Virus record (IMG/VR): IMGVR_UViG_3300042914_003341
Direction: 5' to 3' (one strand)
DNA from: an uncultured virus (IMG/VR IMGVR_UViG_3300042914_003341)
Taxonomy: Duplodnaviria; Heunggongvirae; Uroviricota; Caudoviricetes
Length of the DNA: 64,000 bases
The position numbers and the translations under genes are program-made. Of the stretch, positions 51,653-62,137 are shown in pieces (position 1 is the stretch's first letter; each line of letters begins with the position of its first letter). The notes under the pieces are model-generated. The model saw only the letters and a program-made list of their open reading frames with translations, was not told where the DNA came from and did no database searches.

Positions 51653-52110
51653 CTGGTTTTTTTTCTTGTAGGTTTGCTCTTGACTGTACCAGTCATGCCA
51701 AGCGCTGTCAAGGATTTTCTGATTGCTTCTATCATCAGGTTGGTCCAGAAAACGTATTCATACCCATTCGATTCACACCAGAGCTTGACGGCTTTCTGTT
51801 TCGCTATCACTTTGAGATCTAGGAGTTTGTCTTTCCTCTTGACCTCGATCACCTTGTTCTTGGAGTTGATATATTGAACAATGAAGTCTGGGTAGTAAGT
51901 GTGAGTTTTGCCGCGAAACAAATACGGTATCTGCAATGCTTCGTACTGATACGAAACAACAGTTGCATCGTGGTCCAGATACTGTGCCACAGAGAGCTCC
52001 CATGAACTTCGATAGTTGACAGGACCGGATGTGCATTTGGTAGAGTTGTATGTACCGGTGATATAGTGTTTGCGACGCCTGCGTCTCTTCTTAGTCGGAG
52101 TCATGATCAC
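51649..52110 (-). CDS. head-completion nuclease (T4 gp4/TnsA N-terminal-like)
   Basis: YRSSWE, YQYE..IPY, YYPDF, IEVK. Confidence 0.85.
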   Translation of the reverse strand: MIMTPTKKRRRRRKHYITGTYNSTKCTSGPVNYRSSWELSVAQYLDHDATVVSYQYEALQIPYLFRGKTHTYYPDFIVQYINSKNKVIEVKRKDKLLDLKVIAKQKAVKLWCESNGYEYVFWTNLMIEAIRKSLTALGMTGTVKSKPTRKKTR

Positions 52111-54536
52111 CAGTCAATCCCGACTCTGAACTTAAGTTTGTCACTAGCTCTCTTTAAAGTAGGTTGTGATAGCCTACTCTTTCCTATGACATTGAGATTC
52201 TCGTCATGGACGTAGAGGTCAGTAATGTAGACGTATCGTTCATCCAGGTTCATGTTTGGGTTGTTGTCGACTTGCAGATCTGGAGCCCATGAGCTATTTG
52301 ATGAAGAGATGAGCTGGAGCGGGTTTGCGTACATGTTGTACTTGACGGTGTACACGTTTCTTTCGCCGCGAAATCGTACGTCAAACCCATTCTTGCCAAA
52401 GTGGTATAGCGAAGGATGCTTGATCATCACAATACCATGTTCATAGAACACATTTCCAACTGAGCACCTTTTGGCTAGACTCCCAGACCAATCAGAACGA
52501 TACAGACTACCAAACCCATCATCTTTCAGTGTCATGGACAATTGTCCGCTAGAACACGAAACATTGTTGTCTGTGATTGAGAAATGACCCGGCAAGATCC
52601 TGTCGCCATAGAACAAGTTGCTGATATCAAACAAAACAACCTGCAAGGATCCATTGTCCATAGTTCGCTGCAAGATTGTTGGTGTCTGCTGATAATTCAA
52701 CGTGCCAAACGAGCTAGTGTTGTTCAGTCCGGACAGTGATTCAATGATTGACTGAGTCACAGGAACGTTCAATGTGATAGATCCGGAACTTGGTCCAACA
52801 TCATCATAGATCGCATCCAGAGAGTACATGTCTCTGAGAGTCACAATGTTGTAAGACAGATCTCCATTGTCATTCACGTACATCGACTGATCAATATCAC
52901 TCCCAGAGAGAAGACCAGCAAAATCTGGAACAAACAAACCATTGTCACATGGCAGAACAGTGAGACTGGCTTTTCTGACTGAACCAGTGGCATAAAGGAA
53001 TTGGTTGGCTGTTGCTAGTTCTGTGTTGCCTTGGATCACGGATCCTGTCAGTTGAACAAGTCTCGGATAGTTGCCAAGAACAAACTCACGTGTCCAGTTC
53101 TCCAGGTTGATGTAATGACCTCCAGTGTCAAATGACATGTCAACGTTGAAAGGGTGTCTGGTTGAACCGTCGATGTTTGTGAAAGGGTGAGCTAGAACAC
53201 CACCCCAGCCACCATTTGAATCGACTGATCTGGTGGGTGAATTTGGAGTGAATGCTGGGGGGATCTGAAACAGCATTCCAGGGATTGAACCAGAACAAGA
53301 TCCAGAAGACCCTAGTAGAGCAATCTCGTCTCGCCGCAAAACTCTGTCGAACAGTTTCAGGTCCAAAACTTCTGCTTGTAATGGATTCCTAAAAGCATAA
53401 AACCCTGTTGGAGTGTCGTCTGTGCTGGTAATGAACTCTAATCCGCTCACAGGGACACCATAGCGCAACTGAGCCGTGGACGAAAACCACTTGTCTCTGT
53501 CTGTGGTGCTAGCACCGTCATAGAAGTTTCCAACTGCTAGGATCTTTGGCAGAACCTTGCCCGACTGTTCCCTAGGTGCTATCGTGCTCCCAGTGAACAC
53601 AAAGTTGCCTGCACTGACATCGTTCACAACAAAAGAACCGGTCGAACTGTTGAACACACTCCCACCCCAGAAAACACTGACATGGTTCCATGTGTTGTGT
53701 TGCAGGATGCTGCTGCTGTCATCAGAAACATAAACCATTGCCGGTGGATTGTTCGGATCAATTGTATCTGGTCTTGTGTCTGCTGCCGAACTGAGTTGCA
53801 ACATCAACCTGAAGTTGTTCTTGGATCCATTTGGTTGAATAGATGAACCAGTGATCAAACTCAGAGCATAGCAACCAGAGTAGTGCAAGATAGTTCCTGG
53901 AACAAATTCTACTGCCCGTCCTGGGGTGTAACGCGGATTGATCCATAGGTCGAACGTGAAGGCGCCAGACGGAATATAGGAGGCCGTTACGAATGCGTTC
54001 GCAGCTCCTACGCTAGCAGTACATGGATAGAGGAGGACAGAGCTGGTTGGTACATCGGATCCGGAGAAGAAGTTCAGTGAGTTATAGTTTGTGAAAGAGA
54101 AGTCGTAGTTGGTACTCCTGGTGGAATATTCTGGGATCAGTCTGTTGGCAGTTACCAACTTCATTGTCATTGGCAGAGACAGGTCAGAGCCGGGGGTGAA
54201 ACGTTCAACATCTTGTCTGGCATTGAGACGACTGCTTGATGGCTGTGTCTTGACCATGGACAGATACTGTCTCACTAGCGGCGTCATCGACGAAGGAGAT
54301 GCTTGGTTTGCTTGCTGCAAAACATCTGTGATATCTGCCGCAGCCACGAACGCATTGGTTGGAGCAGTATCGGTCGCATGCCAGTTGACATAAAAGTCTT
54401 TCAGTCTATCAGAAGCATGTGGATAGACATAGGCACTCCCAGTTATTCCGGAAGCGCCTGATGTGAAGTGAGACTCTGGATTTGTTTGAACTGTGAATAG
54501 TTCTATGTCTTCTGGACGGAAAGGTTGCAACGACAT
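52107..54536 (-). CDS. virion structural protein with LamG-like domain
   Basis: FTFDLWINP, WNHVSV; TGS/SGS-rich; C-terminal YITDLYVHDENLNVIGKSRLSQP. Confidence 0.7.
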   Translation of the reverse strand: MSLQPFRPEDIELFTVQTNPESHFTSGASGITGSAYVYPHASDRLKDFYVNWHATDTAPTNAFVAAADITDVLQQANQASPSSMTPLVRQYLSMVKTQPSSSRLNARQDVERFTPGSDLSLPMTMKLVTANRLIPEYSTRSTNYDFSFTNYNSLNFFSGSDVPTSSVLLYPCTASVGAANAFVTASYIPSGAFTFDLWINPRYTPGRAVEFVPGTILHYSGCYALSLITGSSIQPNGSKNNFRLMLQLSSAADTRPDTIDPNNPPAMVYVSDDSSSILQHNTWNHVSVFWGGSVFNSSTGSFVVNDVSAGNFVFTGSTIAPREQSGKVLPKILAVGNFYDGASTTDRDKWFSSTAQLRYGVPVSGLEFITSTDDTPTGFYAFRNPLQAEVLDLKLFDRVLRRDEIALLGSSGSCSGSIPGMLFQIPPAFTPNSPTRSVDSNGGWGGVLAHPFTNIDGSTRHPFNVDMSFDTGGHYINLENWTREFVLGNYPRLVQLTGSVIQGNTELATANQFLYATGSVRKASLTVLPCDNGLFVPDFAGLLSGSDIDQSMYVNDNGDLSYNIVTLRDMYSLDAIYDDVGPSSGSITLNVPVTQSIIESLSGLNNTSSFGTLNYQQTPTILQRTMDNGSLQVVLFDISNLFYGDRILPGHFSITDNNVSCSSGQLSMTLKDDGFGSLYRSDWSGSLAKRCSVGNVFYEHGIVMIKHPSLYHFGKNGFDVRFRGERNVYTVKYNMYANPLQLISSSNSSWAPDLQVDNNPNMNLDERYVYITDLYVHDENLNVIGKSRLSQPTLKRASDKLKFRVGIDW

Positions 54537-54564
54537 GACACCATTAATGATGGTGCTGAATGAA

Positions 54565-55737
54565 TCAGTAGTTTAGTTGAACTTTTACTGGGAAGCTGCG
54601 CTGGTTGTCTTTCATGACAGGGCGTGAAAGTTTTGCAACGGCGAGACAGTTGTTGTCGCCGTCATAAAGTCCAATTCCAGTCACGAATGAGAAGCTTCGT
54701 TGAATATCTTCTTGACCAGAATCGATAACAACAATACGCCCAGTGTCGTCAGTGTATGTTGGATTTGAGCTGTAATTGAATCGATCTACTCCAAAGTTGC
54801 AAACATATACTGAGCTATTGATCACGGTTTGGTTTTTGAAAGCCATCGCAACATCGTTTGATCCAGTGAATCTTGTCTGGCAGACGGTGTCCAGAATGTC
54901 ATCCATCGACCCGCTATAGAACAATGCAGAGTTGCCCCAGACAGAGCTAGAAAGGATCGATCCAGTGAACGGTTGAGTGAGAGTTGTGACGCTCTCGATT
55001 GTTCCGGAAATGCTCTGTGTAACGTTCATGATCCTCGACACGTCCAAAACTGCGATGCCTTGGTCGTGCCACAACAGCCCAACAGATCCGGTGTTTGAAG
55101 TGTTGACAATTGTACCAACAGAACCGCCGGGGAAACTATAGTTGACATTCCTAGAGCTTCCAAGATCAGTGAAGAACTGCTCATCATTCCCAATTGCAAT
55201 CATGCTGTCAGCAGACGCACTAGCAAACATGCGCATTGCAAATGTTTCGCGCTTGATCTGGTCGCGAACAAACAGTCGCTTGAAGTCAATGAACATTGCT
55301 TCTTTGATCGCTGTTCCATTCAATGAGCCAGTGATAAAGGTGAATGCAGCATTGCTATCACCAAGAAGTTGTTGCGCAAACGTTCTGTACATGTCAATCT
55401 TCTCACGCATCTGCATCGAAGAAGAAGGGAAATAATACTGATCGTTCACACTGTCGTATGTAGTATATGTCTGGGACACTAGGTTCGAGCTTGTGTGAAG
55501 ACCAACTGTTAGGTCTAGAACCGGGTTGGCCGTTTGAAGTGTGAAATCCTGATCGTACACTGTCTGAAACAATGACGAGGTAACTCCGGTGCTGGTACCT
55601 GATCCGGTGACCCAGACTTGATATTTCCTGCGTGTTGCCGATGAAGAGATATCGGACCCAACAAGGTCAAAGAGCATCTCCATCACGCCCGATTCCGTGC
55701 GTCTGTCCTGTGGGCTGAAAAATTCGAATGTTGCCAT
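54565..55737 (-). CDS. virion structural protein
   Basis: C-terminal FVTGIGLYD...LAVAKLSRP related to 52107..54536. Confidence 0.7.
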   Translation of the reverse strand: MATFEFFSPQDRRTESGVMEMLFDLVGSDISSSATRRKYQVWVTGSGTSTGVTSSLFQTVYDQDFTLQTANPVLDLTVGLHTSSNLVSQTYTTYDSVNDQYYFPSSSMQMREKIDMYRTFAQQLLGDSNAAFTFITGSLNGTAIKEAMFIDFKRLFVRDQIKRETFAMRMFASASADSMIAIGNDEQFFTDLGSSRNVNYSFPGGSVGTIVNTSNTGSVGLLWHDQGIAVLDVSRIMNVTQSISGTIESVTTLTQPFTGSILSSSVWGNSALFYSGSMDDILDTVCQTRFTGSNDVAMAFKNQTVINSSVYVCNFGVDRFNYSSNPTYTDDTGRIVVIDSGQEDIQRSFSFVTGIGLYDGDNNCLAVAKLSRPVMKDNQRSFPVKVQLNY

Positions 55738-55757
55738 GTTTTATTGTCTCTTATCTA

Positions 55758-56459
55758 TCAGGCGTTCTTTGTGATTTGTGCGTAGAATTCCAAAACAGTC
55801 CCAGAAGTCATCCCAGTCACTCGCACAACCGATCTGATCACCGTTTTATTTGTTGGTTGACCGTAGATTGTGAAGGATGCATCCGGAATTGACTTGACGC
55901 CAATGTTCAGAGTCACAACAGAACCACCCTGGCTAGAGAGTGAACCGTCTCTGGTCACAACATATGTCGCCATCCTGGATCGATCCACAGTCCCAGTCGC
56001 TCCAATGACTCTCAAGAATCGATCGTCACACACAACAATGAATTGGTTGTCTACTAACTCTTGTGGCACTGATTCCCCTGCTGCAAGTGTCTGTGAAACA
56101 AGAACAGTTTGTCTTGTGCTAGCACCAGTTCCAAGTGATAGTGTCGTTCCGGACAGACCTTGCGTTGCACCAAGAGATAGCTGAGTGAGCGTATAACGGT
56201 TTGGATCTGGGAGTGACAAGAGAGGATGGACCAGGGCCAGTTTGTTATTGGTAAGCGCTTCATAGACAGGAGTGTTCTTCTCGATCTTCTCCTGCCCAAC
56301 TCGACGGCCATATCGTACGATCATACCATAGTCAACCTCATCATCAAATGCTGCCCATTTGATCACGTTGAAATTGCCTTGTGCTAGTTTTTGTCGACCA
56401 ATATCAGTGAGAACTGAGTCGATTGAAATGTTGGAGGTGTCGTTTGGTAGGAATCCCAT
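55758..56459 (-). CDS. probable virion structural protein
   Basis: IDSVLTDIGRQKLA...FDDEVDY N-terminus; structural-gene context. Confidence 0.7.
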   Translation of the reverse strand: MGFLPNDTSNISIDSVLTDIGRQKLAQGNFNVIKWAAFDDEVDYGMIVRYGRRVGQEKIEKNTPVYEALTNNKLALVHPLLSLPDPNRYTLTQLSLGATQGLSGTTLSLGTGASTRQTVLVSQTLAAGESVPQELVDNQFIVVCDDRFLRVIGATGTVDRSRMATYVVTRDGSLSSQGGSVVTLNIGVKSIPDASFTIYGQPTNKTVIRSVVRVTGMTSGTVLEFYAQITKNA

Positions 56460-56483
56460 ACTATTCTTTCTCTGGATTATTAG

Positions 56484-58508
56484 TTATCTGTTGGTTCTTG
56501 TGTCTAAGACTTGAAACTTGACCGTCTGATCTTTTTGCAGGTCGAGGTTGATCAGCTTGATGACATATTCGCCACCAGATTCTTGCGTTTTGATCAATCC
56601 AAGGTCATCGCCGCGAATATTCTTCAGATTCAAGAAATCCGGGTTCAAAACAACCGTCATCTGGCTATAGCCCTCGTTCTTGATCGTGTCGACAAAAACC
56701 TGCTTGTTGATCAGAAGGTTTGGATATGTCTTCGGAGCTCCGGGTGGCGATATATCCACACGCTCTATTGTGTTTCTCTGACGGTTGAAACTAACGCCGA
56801 TCTGGTTGCTGTAACAGCTTGACTGACCGTGTGCATCAATCGCGACAACTGCATAGATGTAGTAATCGAGCGGATTGAACTCATGATCGATCCAAGAAGT
56901 GACAGTTTGAGATGAACTGCTCTGACGATTGTTTGATCCAAACATATCAATCACACTGTTCTTGGCCATGGCGTTCTCTGTGCCTGGAAGAAGGAACTTG
57001 AAGTAAACTGGATCGAAGAGTTTGTCATAAACAACACCTTGCCCATTCTCCAAATCGTTGAAATCATACATCGCAGCTAGTTCAAACGGTAGCTGGACCG
57101 GCCTGAACTGTCCGCGATTCTTGCGGCGAAACACTTGGAAATATTTAACAGAACGCCTTGTGTCAACCGGAAAATTCCAGGTGAGCATTGGCTTGAGTGT
57201 TGATGGATCAAGGGAGACAAAGAAGTCAGTTGGTGCCGGTGGAGGCTCTATGTCAACGCACTGCACGAATGTGCGTACCGGCTCACTTGCAATCATAAAA
57301 ACCACTGCAAAATTCTGTCCTGTGGTTTTATCAGTCACAACAGCTCTAAACGCAGTCACTGATTTTACTGAGTAATAGTACGTCTGGTTGTATGCAACGC
57401 CACTGTCATAGAATTGCGTGATGGCCGGTGTTTCAACAAAGAACATCTCTGGCTCACTCAAACTCAACGTTGGATTCGGCTGATCAGTGGTGCCTTGCGT
57501 TGCTCGGCGTTTTTCAATCACATAGCCTGCGGATCTAAAACTGATAGGCGGCATGCCAGATTCAGACGGCACTTCCCCGTCGTCTAGCTGCTTGTATGAA
57601 ATGATGTTGTCGGTTATTGCTTGCCCAATGCCATACTGAGATAGGTTGAACCTAGGTCTGACTGTTGATATTACTGATTGAAGATCAAGCGATTTAACAA
57701 TCTGTGCGGCGGCATTTGCAGATTTGTCTGAAAGCGGATCAGCACAATAAAGCGAGGACAACACAGATCCTGCGACAGTGCTTGATAATGTAACACCAAT
57801 CCCAATGTCTTCGTTCTCATAAACGGTATCGAGTGACTGGTTCAATGTCGGTGAGTTGATCCGCGCCGATCCAACCATCACCTCGGATGATCCATAGCTC
57901 AAATATTTACTAAGGAAATCTTGATCCACGCCCTCTGGGGTTGCGTTATACAGGCTGGAAATGGCGGCTTGAAGTGTTGGCTTTATCTCCCCAGCAGATC
58001 TTTGTTGGTTTCCGTTCAGTGTTGCAAGCTCAGTGCTAAGTCGACTTAGAATTGAACGCGTGTTTGAAACAAAGTCAAGTTCATGCTGGGAATAATCCAC
58101 AAAAAGTTTTGATACAGCAATATCATTCTCAGCGAGAAGTTTGTGTCTGTTTTCTGCAATCGAAGATACATTTAGTTCAACAGCGCTAGCTGGACTGAGG
58201 TTACTGTGATCAACTGCCGACCAGTTCAAAACAACATAACGTGGCAACGTTCTTAGTTTTGTTGTGTCAATGTTCTGGTCGCTCGGACTGGACTGTAAAC
58301 CAACAGCGCCAAGTGCAAACTCTTTCGGCTCAAAGAAATTGTAAACAAACTCTGCGCGCAACGAGAGTGGGTTTGGTGTATCGACCATGATCGCCGGAGC
58401 GCTGGGGAGTGATTTGCCAGCAGGCGCTGAAAGCGCCAACGAAAACTCTGTTTGTATCTGCGCGCTCAAGGCGATTTGGTCGGATATTGATCTGAGCTGA
58501 TTTGTCAT
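56484..58508 (-). CDS. probable structural protein with FN3-like segments
   Basis: YNQTYYYSV, PPPAP..LTW, YYIYAVVAIDAHG. Confidence 0.65.
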   Translation of the reverse strand: MTNQLRSISDQIALSAQIQTEFSLALSAPAGKSLPSAPAIMVDTPNPLSLRAEFVYNFFEPKEFALGAVGLQSSPSDQNIDTTKLRTLPRYVVLNWSAVDHSNLSPASAVELNVSSIAENRHKLLAENDIAVSKLFVDYSQHELDFVSNTRSILSRLSTELATLNGNQQRSAGEIKPTLQAAISSLYNATPEGVDQDFLSKYLSYGSSEVMVGSARINSPTLNQSLDTVYENEDIGIGVTLSSTVAGSVLSSLYCADPLSDKSANAAAQIVKSLDLQSVISTVRPRFNLSQYGIGQAITDNIISYKQLDDGEVPSESGMPPISFRSAGYVIEKRRATQGTTDQPNPTLSLSEPEMFFVETPAITQFYDSGVAYNQTYYYSVKSVTAFRAVVTDKTTGQNFAVVFMIASEPVRTFVQCVDIEPPPAPTDFFVSLDPSTLKPMLTWNFPVDTRRSVKYFQVFRRKNRGQFRPVQLPFELAAMYDFNDLENGQGVVYDKLFDPVYFKFLLPGTENAMAKNSVIDMFGSNNRQSSSSQTVTSWIDHEFNPLDYYIYAVVAIDAHGQSSCYSNQIGVSFNRQRNTIERVDISPPGAPKTYPNLLINKQVFVDTIKNEGYSQMTVVLNPDFLNLKNIRGDDLGLIKTQESGGEYVIKLINLDLQKDQTVKFQVLDTRTNR

Positions 58509-58513
58509 CTAGT

Positions 58514-61500
58514 TCACCGAGTAACAACTTCAACGAAATATTGATCGATCAGAACACCGGCCGAATTACTTTGCAATGACAAACTGGATATGTTTGCTGA
58601 TTGCCCATGGGCAACAACAAAGTCGCTTGGCGCAACGGCTATGTTGAATATCCGATCATAGAGCCTAGACCCAAACACGAAGTCAAGAACGTTCCTTGTC
58701 AGTGGAAGCAGAAGATTCTGCGCAGCCACGTCCCCGTAAAACGACTGAAACACATCTAAAAATCCTTCATATGTTCGCGGCTGAATCCCTTTGAGTACAG
58801 TCTGCGTTAACGCCAAGCCGTCGTTCGAAAGCGTTTCAAATCCTGCCTTGATTGTGTTCAGCGATGCGTTGACGTCCCTAACCCCAGAATCATCCACATT
58901 GATTCCAGTCATCATGTTGATATATGACCTTAGCAAATAACTGTTTGTCACGTTGCGCAGCACCTCATTGGCAATTTGTTGTTTGTTCGCATAGTAAGGG
59001 TCAATACGCACTAGGTCGGACGACGTCCGGATAGTGTTCAATGCATTCTCTGAGATATCAGCGCAAGAGACAAACTCATCATTACTCGATTGAAAACCAA
59101 CAGGGAAGAGGCTCATGTCAAACACAAACTCTCTAGGCTGATAGATGATGTCTTCTTGCCGCGAATTAAGCCGATGCACCCTGATCATTACCAGATCTTT
59201 CCTGGTGTCGCTTGCAGTGCCAAGCAGGCCACGTGGAACACCAACAGACAATATTGTTCGAACCAGATCACCGCTAGTAGTCGTCAACAGCCTACTTCCT
59301 GCAAAACCACGCAGCTTGGCATAATCGACTGGAGACATGTCTGGGTTGTCCGCATCAATGTAAAAGTTCAAAAGACGTTGGTTGTTTGGATTGTTCTTTG
59401 TCAACTTTGCACTCACAATCCTATGGTTGTTGATGGCGGATCTAATGCTGGCGAACGTAACCTTGGCATTCGCAGAGCCAAGACCATTCACAAAAGAAAG
59501 AGCTGCGAGTTCCTGCGCCGATGGATCTGCAACGGTTTCAAGTCCGGATGCAATTTGTTGAAGAAACGCAACCACGTTGGCGACAAAATATTCCTCGTTC
59601 AGCACTGCGTTCTCTATGTCTGTGAGTTTCCCAGCAACTCCACCACCAACAAGTTGCTGCAACATTGCCGGATTAACACCGACAGTGTATGACATTCCAT
59701 CCAGTCCGCGACTCACTTGTATCAAATCATCTTCAGACGTGTTGACAGTTCCGGCTCCTAGGAGCTCTGTGAGGAGTGCGCTGTAAGTTTCAAACAGAAC
59801 AAGGAACATGCCAGAGGCCGAAAGACCAGTAAATCGAGTCAGCGAACTGTTTGGCACTAGCTGGTACTGCAAGCCGTCAGTCGATGAGCAGGCCGCAAAC
59901 AGCTCTTTTGCCACTGAGACAATAGAAGCAAAAACGTTCGGATCTGCGCTGGGCTGTGCTGCGTACAGTATGTTCTGAACCGATGCATCAGTGAAATTTG
60001 TTTGAGCCAGAGTTGTAGAACTTACATCATACTGCAAAGAAAACCCGGGCCGTTGTAGATTCAATGGCTGTTGCAATGTTGCTTGATATAGCCGCAAAAC
60101 ACGCCCGAACTGTTCTGCTGTTAGCGCAGCCAGATTGTCAACTGTCAACAAGTCACCACCAGAAAGTGGCGCAGAGCTTAACTCCTGAAACAATATCGAC
60201 CGCAAACGTGTGTTGTCGCCTTCTGACGTACCATACAAATAGCACAGACATAAAAGCTTGTAGAGCTCGAACCGCAGCACAGCATCCTTCTGTGACGTCA
60301 ACAACATGTGTTGCAAAACAGCGTTGACCGGAGACATGGATCGAAGATCTGTTAAACCGCGGATCAGCTCTGTGAAATTTACGCGTAATATTCCTAGGAA
60401 GCCACTGGCTGTCAGCAGATCAGAAGTTGGGTCCGATGCCTGTTGTGCTAGGAGTAGCCTGTCTATAATCGTCCTAGCGGCCTGGACGCGAGTCGTGTAC
60501 AGTGTGCGATAGTTTCGAAGCAACACTGGAGCTCCTGACATGTGTTGATCGACGAAAACGGATTCACCGGAGATGACATTGTTGATTCCATTGCTGGTTC
60601 TGGCGTATGAAATCAAATCGATGTTTGAGTTCTCGAATGGAAGAATCCTCTGGCTCCTGTCCGTGCTAGATCCAGGGCCGTTGTTGGTTGCAACGTTGAA
60701 CAAACCAGCCAGTGTTGATGTGCCTGCCGGAGTTGAATATATGTCACTTGGTGCAGCACCGAATATGTTATCAAACGGGTTCCCGACGTTTGCTATGCCG
60801 CCAAATACTTGTGCCGCATCAGCAGGAAGGTATTTCCCAAGTCCTTTGGACACACGCATCTCTTTGCTCATGAGCCAACAAAGAAACTTGGCACGAGAGG
60901 CTGTGTCAGCAGGCAATGATTCGACAAATGCCGTGTGAGCTAGATTTCCAGTTGTGTTTGGCTGGTCATCAGGAGAAGTGTTGACAAAATACTTTGCTGT
61001 GATCAAAGCCGGGGCATAGGAGAATGCATTGTTTCCGTATGTTTCAGTGTCGACGGCAAAAGCGTTTGATGTTGCTGTTGAAACGCGATCATAGTCGGAA
61101 AAACCTTCGACTAGGTTGAAACTGCATTTTTTCAGAACATTTGAAGCATCTGAAGTTAGCTGATAAAGCAGTTTGGTGTCCGACGTCTGTCTGTATGACT
61201 CTGGGGAATACAGCATCCTGGTGATTGCAAAATCTCGGAGATCAGTCAGCGGCGCACGAAACACCAAGTTAGGATTCCTAGGATCAGAGCCTAGAAGCTG
61301 CTTGATGTTGCACACATCACGAATTCGTATGGTTTTTGCAACCAAGGATTGTAGGTTGCTTATTGTTGTTTGTGTGTTTGCCAAATCGGCAGCGACACTG
61401 TCACCGACACTCTCAAGTGCGGTTTGTAATGTATTCAAACCCTGAGAAGATTCAGAAGCTAGTTTGTTTGCTATGATTGTTCGCCGCAGAGTATCTTGTG

Positions 61501-62104
61501 CCAAGGAGAGTTTGTACACATCATCCATATAAGACAAGAGCGAAGCTGTTTTGTCGGCAGCTCTGGCACCACCGAGCGCATAAGACGTATTGACTTTCGT
61601 GCAAGCAACTATGTCTGGACGCATCGAGGATGGTAAAGCAGCTACCGGTTCAGAACCAGCATTCACAACATCCTGCGGCAGTCCATACGTGTCTTCCCCA
61701 AGGTCATTTGCTGTTAGAATTCGAATAGGATTCGGAGTCAACCCAACAGATGAGTTCGGTGCCCGCGGCGGTTGTCTGGACACGCCTTCCATTGCTTCCA
61801 TTACATTGGTTCGGCCGGTCACGTTGGCTGGAATACTAAGTGGTGTGATTGGTGCTGATGATCCTGGTTGAACTTCCGTGTAGATATTAACTGACTGCTG
61901 CCTGACGGCATCAGACTGAAACTGAGGCAATCCATTTGGCCCACCACCAGATTCTTGCACCGGAGATGTGAGCGTGAGTGGCGTTTCCGTTACCTGTGAA
62001 AAAGTCAACTGTGCCGGTGGTGTGATTGTCAAACCATTGTTCACCGGCCTGATGTTGAATGGAGGCTGGGTGTTGTTGTTTCTTGTGTTGGTTGGTCCGG
62101 CCAT
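58514..62104 (-). CDS. large hypothetical, probable virion protein
   Basis: 1196-aa ORF in structural cluster. Confidence 0.7.
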   Translation of the reverse strand: MAGPTNTRNNNTQPPFNIRPVNNGLTITPPAQLTFSQVTETPLTLTSPVQESGGGPNGLPQFQSDAVRQQSVNIYTEVQPGSSAPITPLSIPANVTGRTNVMEAMEGVSRQPPRAPNSSVGLTPNPIRILTANDLGEDTYGLPQDVVNAGSEPVAALPSSMRPDIVACTKVNTSYALGGARAADKTASLLSYMDDVYKLSLAQDTLRRTIIANKLASESSQGLNTLQTALESVGDSVAADLANTQTTISNLQSLVAKTIRIRDVCNIKQLLGSDPRNPNLVFRAPLTDLRDFAITRMLYSPESYRQTSDTKLLYQLTSDASNVLKKCSFNLVEGFSDYDRVSTATSNAFAVDTETYGNNAFSYAPALITAKYFVNTSPDDQPNTTGNLAHTAFVESLPADTASRAKFLCWLMSKEMRVSKGLGKYLPADAAQVFGGIANVGNPFDNIFGAAPSDIYSTPAGTSTLAGLFNVATNNGPGSSTDRSQRILPFENSNIDLISYARTSNGINNVISGESVFVDQHMSGAPVLLRNYRTLYTTRVQAARTIIDRLLLAQQASDPTSDLLTASGFLGILRVNFTELIRGLTDLRSMSPVNAVLQHMLLTSQKDAVLRFELYKLLCLCYLYGTSEGDNTRLRSILFQELSSAPLSGGDLLTVDNLAALTAEQFGRVLRLYQATLQQPLNLQRPGFSLQYDVSSTTLAQTNFTDASVQNILYAAQPSADPNVFASIVSVAKELFAACSSTDGLQYQLVPNSSLTRFTGLSASGMFLVLFETYSALLTELLGAGTVNTSEDDLIQVSRGLDGMSYTVGVNPAMLQQLVGGGVAGKLTDIENAVLNEEYFVANVVAFLQQIASGLETVADPSAQELAALSFVNGLGSANAKVTFASIRSAINNHRIVSAKLTKNNPNNQRLLNFYIDADNPDMSPVDYAKLRGFAGSRLLTTTSGDLVRTILSVGVPRGLLGTASDTRKDLVMIRVHRLNSRQEDIIYQPREFVFDMSLFPVGFQSSNDEFVSCADISENALNTIRTSSDLVRIDPYYANKQQIANEVLRNVTNSYLLRSYINMMTGINVDDSGVRDVNASLNTIKAGFETLSNDGLALTQTVLKGIQPRTYEGFLDVFQSFYGDVAAQNLLLPLTRNVLDFVFGSRLYDRIFNIAVAPSDFVVAHGQSANISSLSLQSNSAGVLIDQYFVEVVTR

Positions 62105-62137
62105 GGCTCACTGTGCTTTGATAATAACGCAAGCTAC

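Noticed and set aside
51649..52110. Tn7-like transposon (TnsA)
   Set aside because: No TnsB/TnsC or terminal repeats. The position beside virion genes fits a head-completion nuclease.
59090..59692. 200-aa plus-strand ORF and other plus-strand ORFs over long minus-strand genes
   Set aside because: Fully antisense to coherent minus-strand genes, with no independent promoter or motif.
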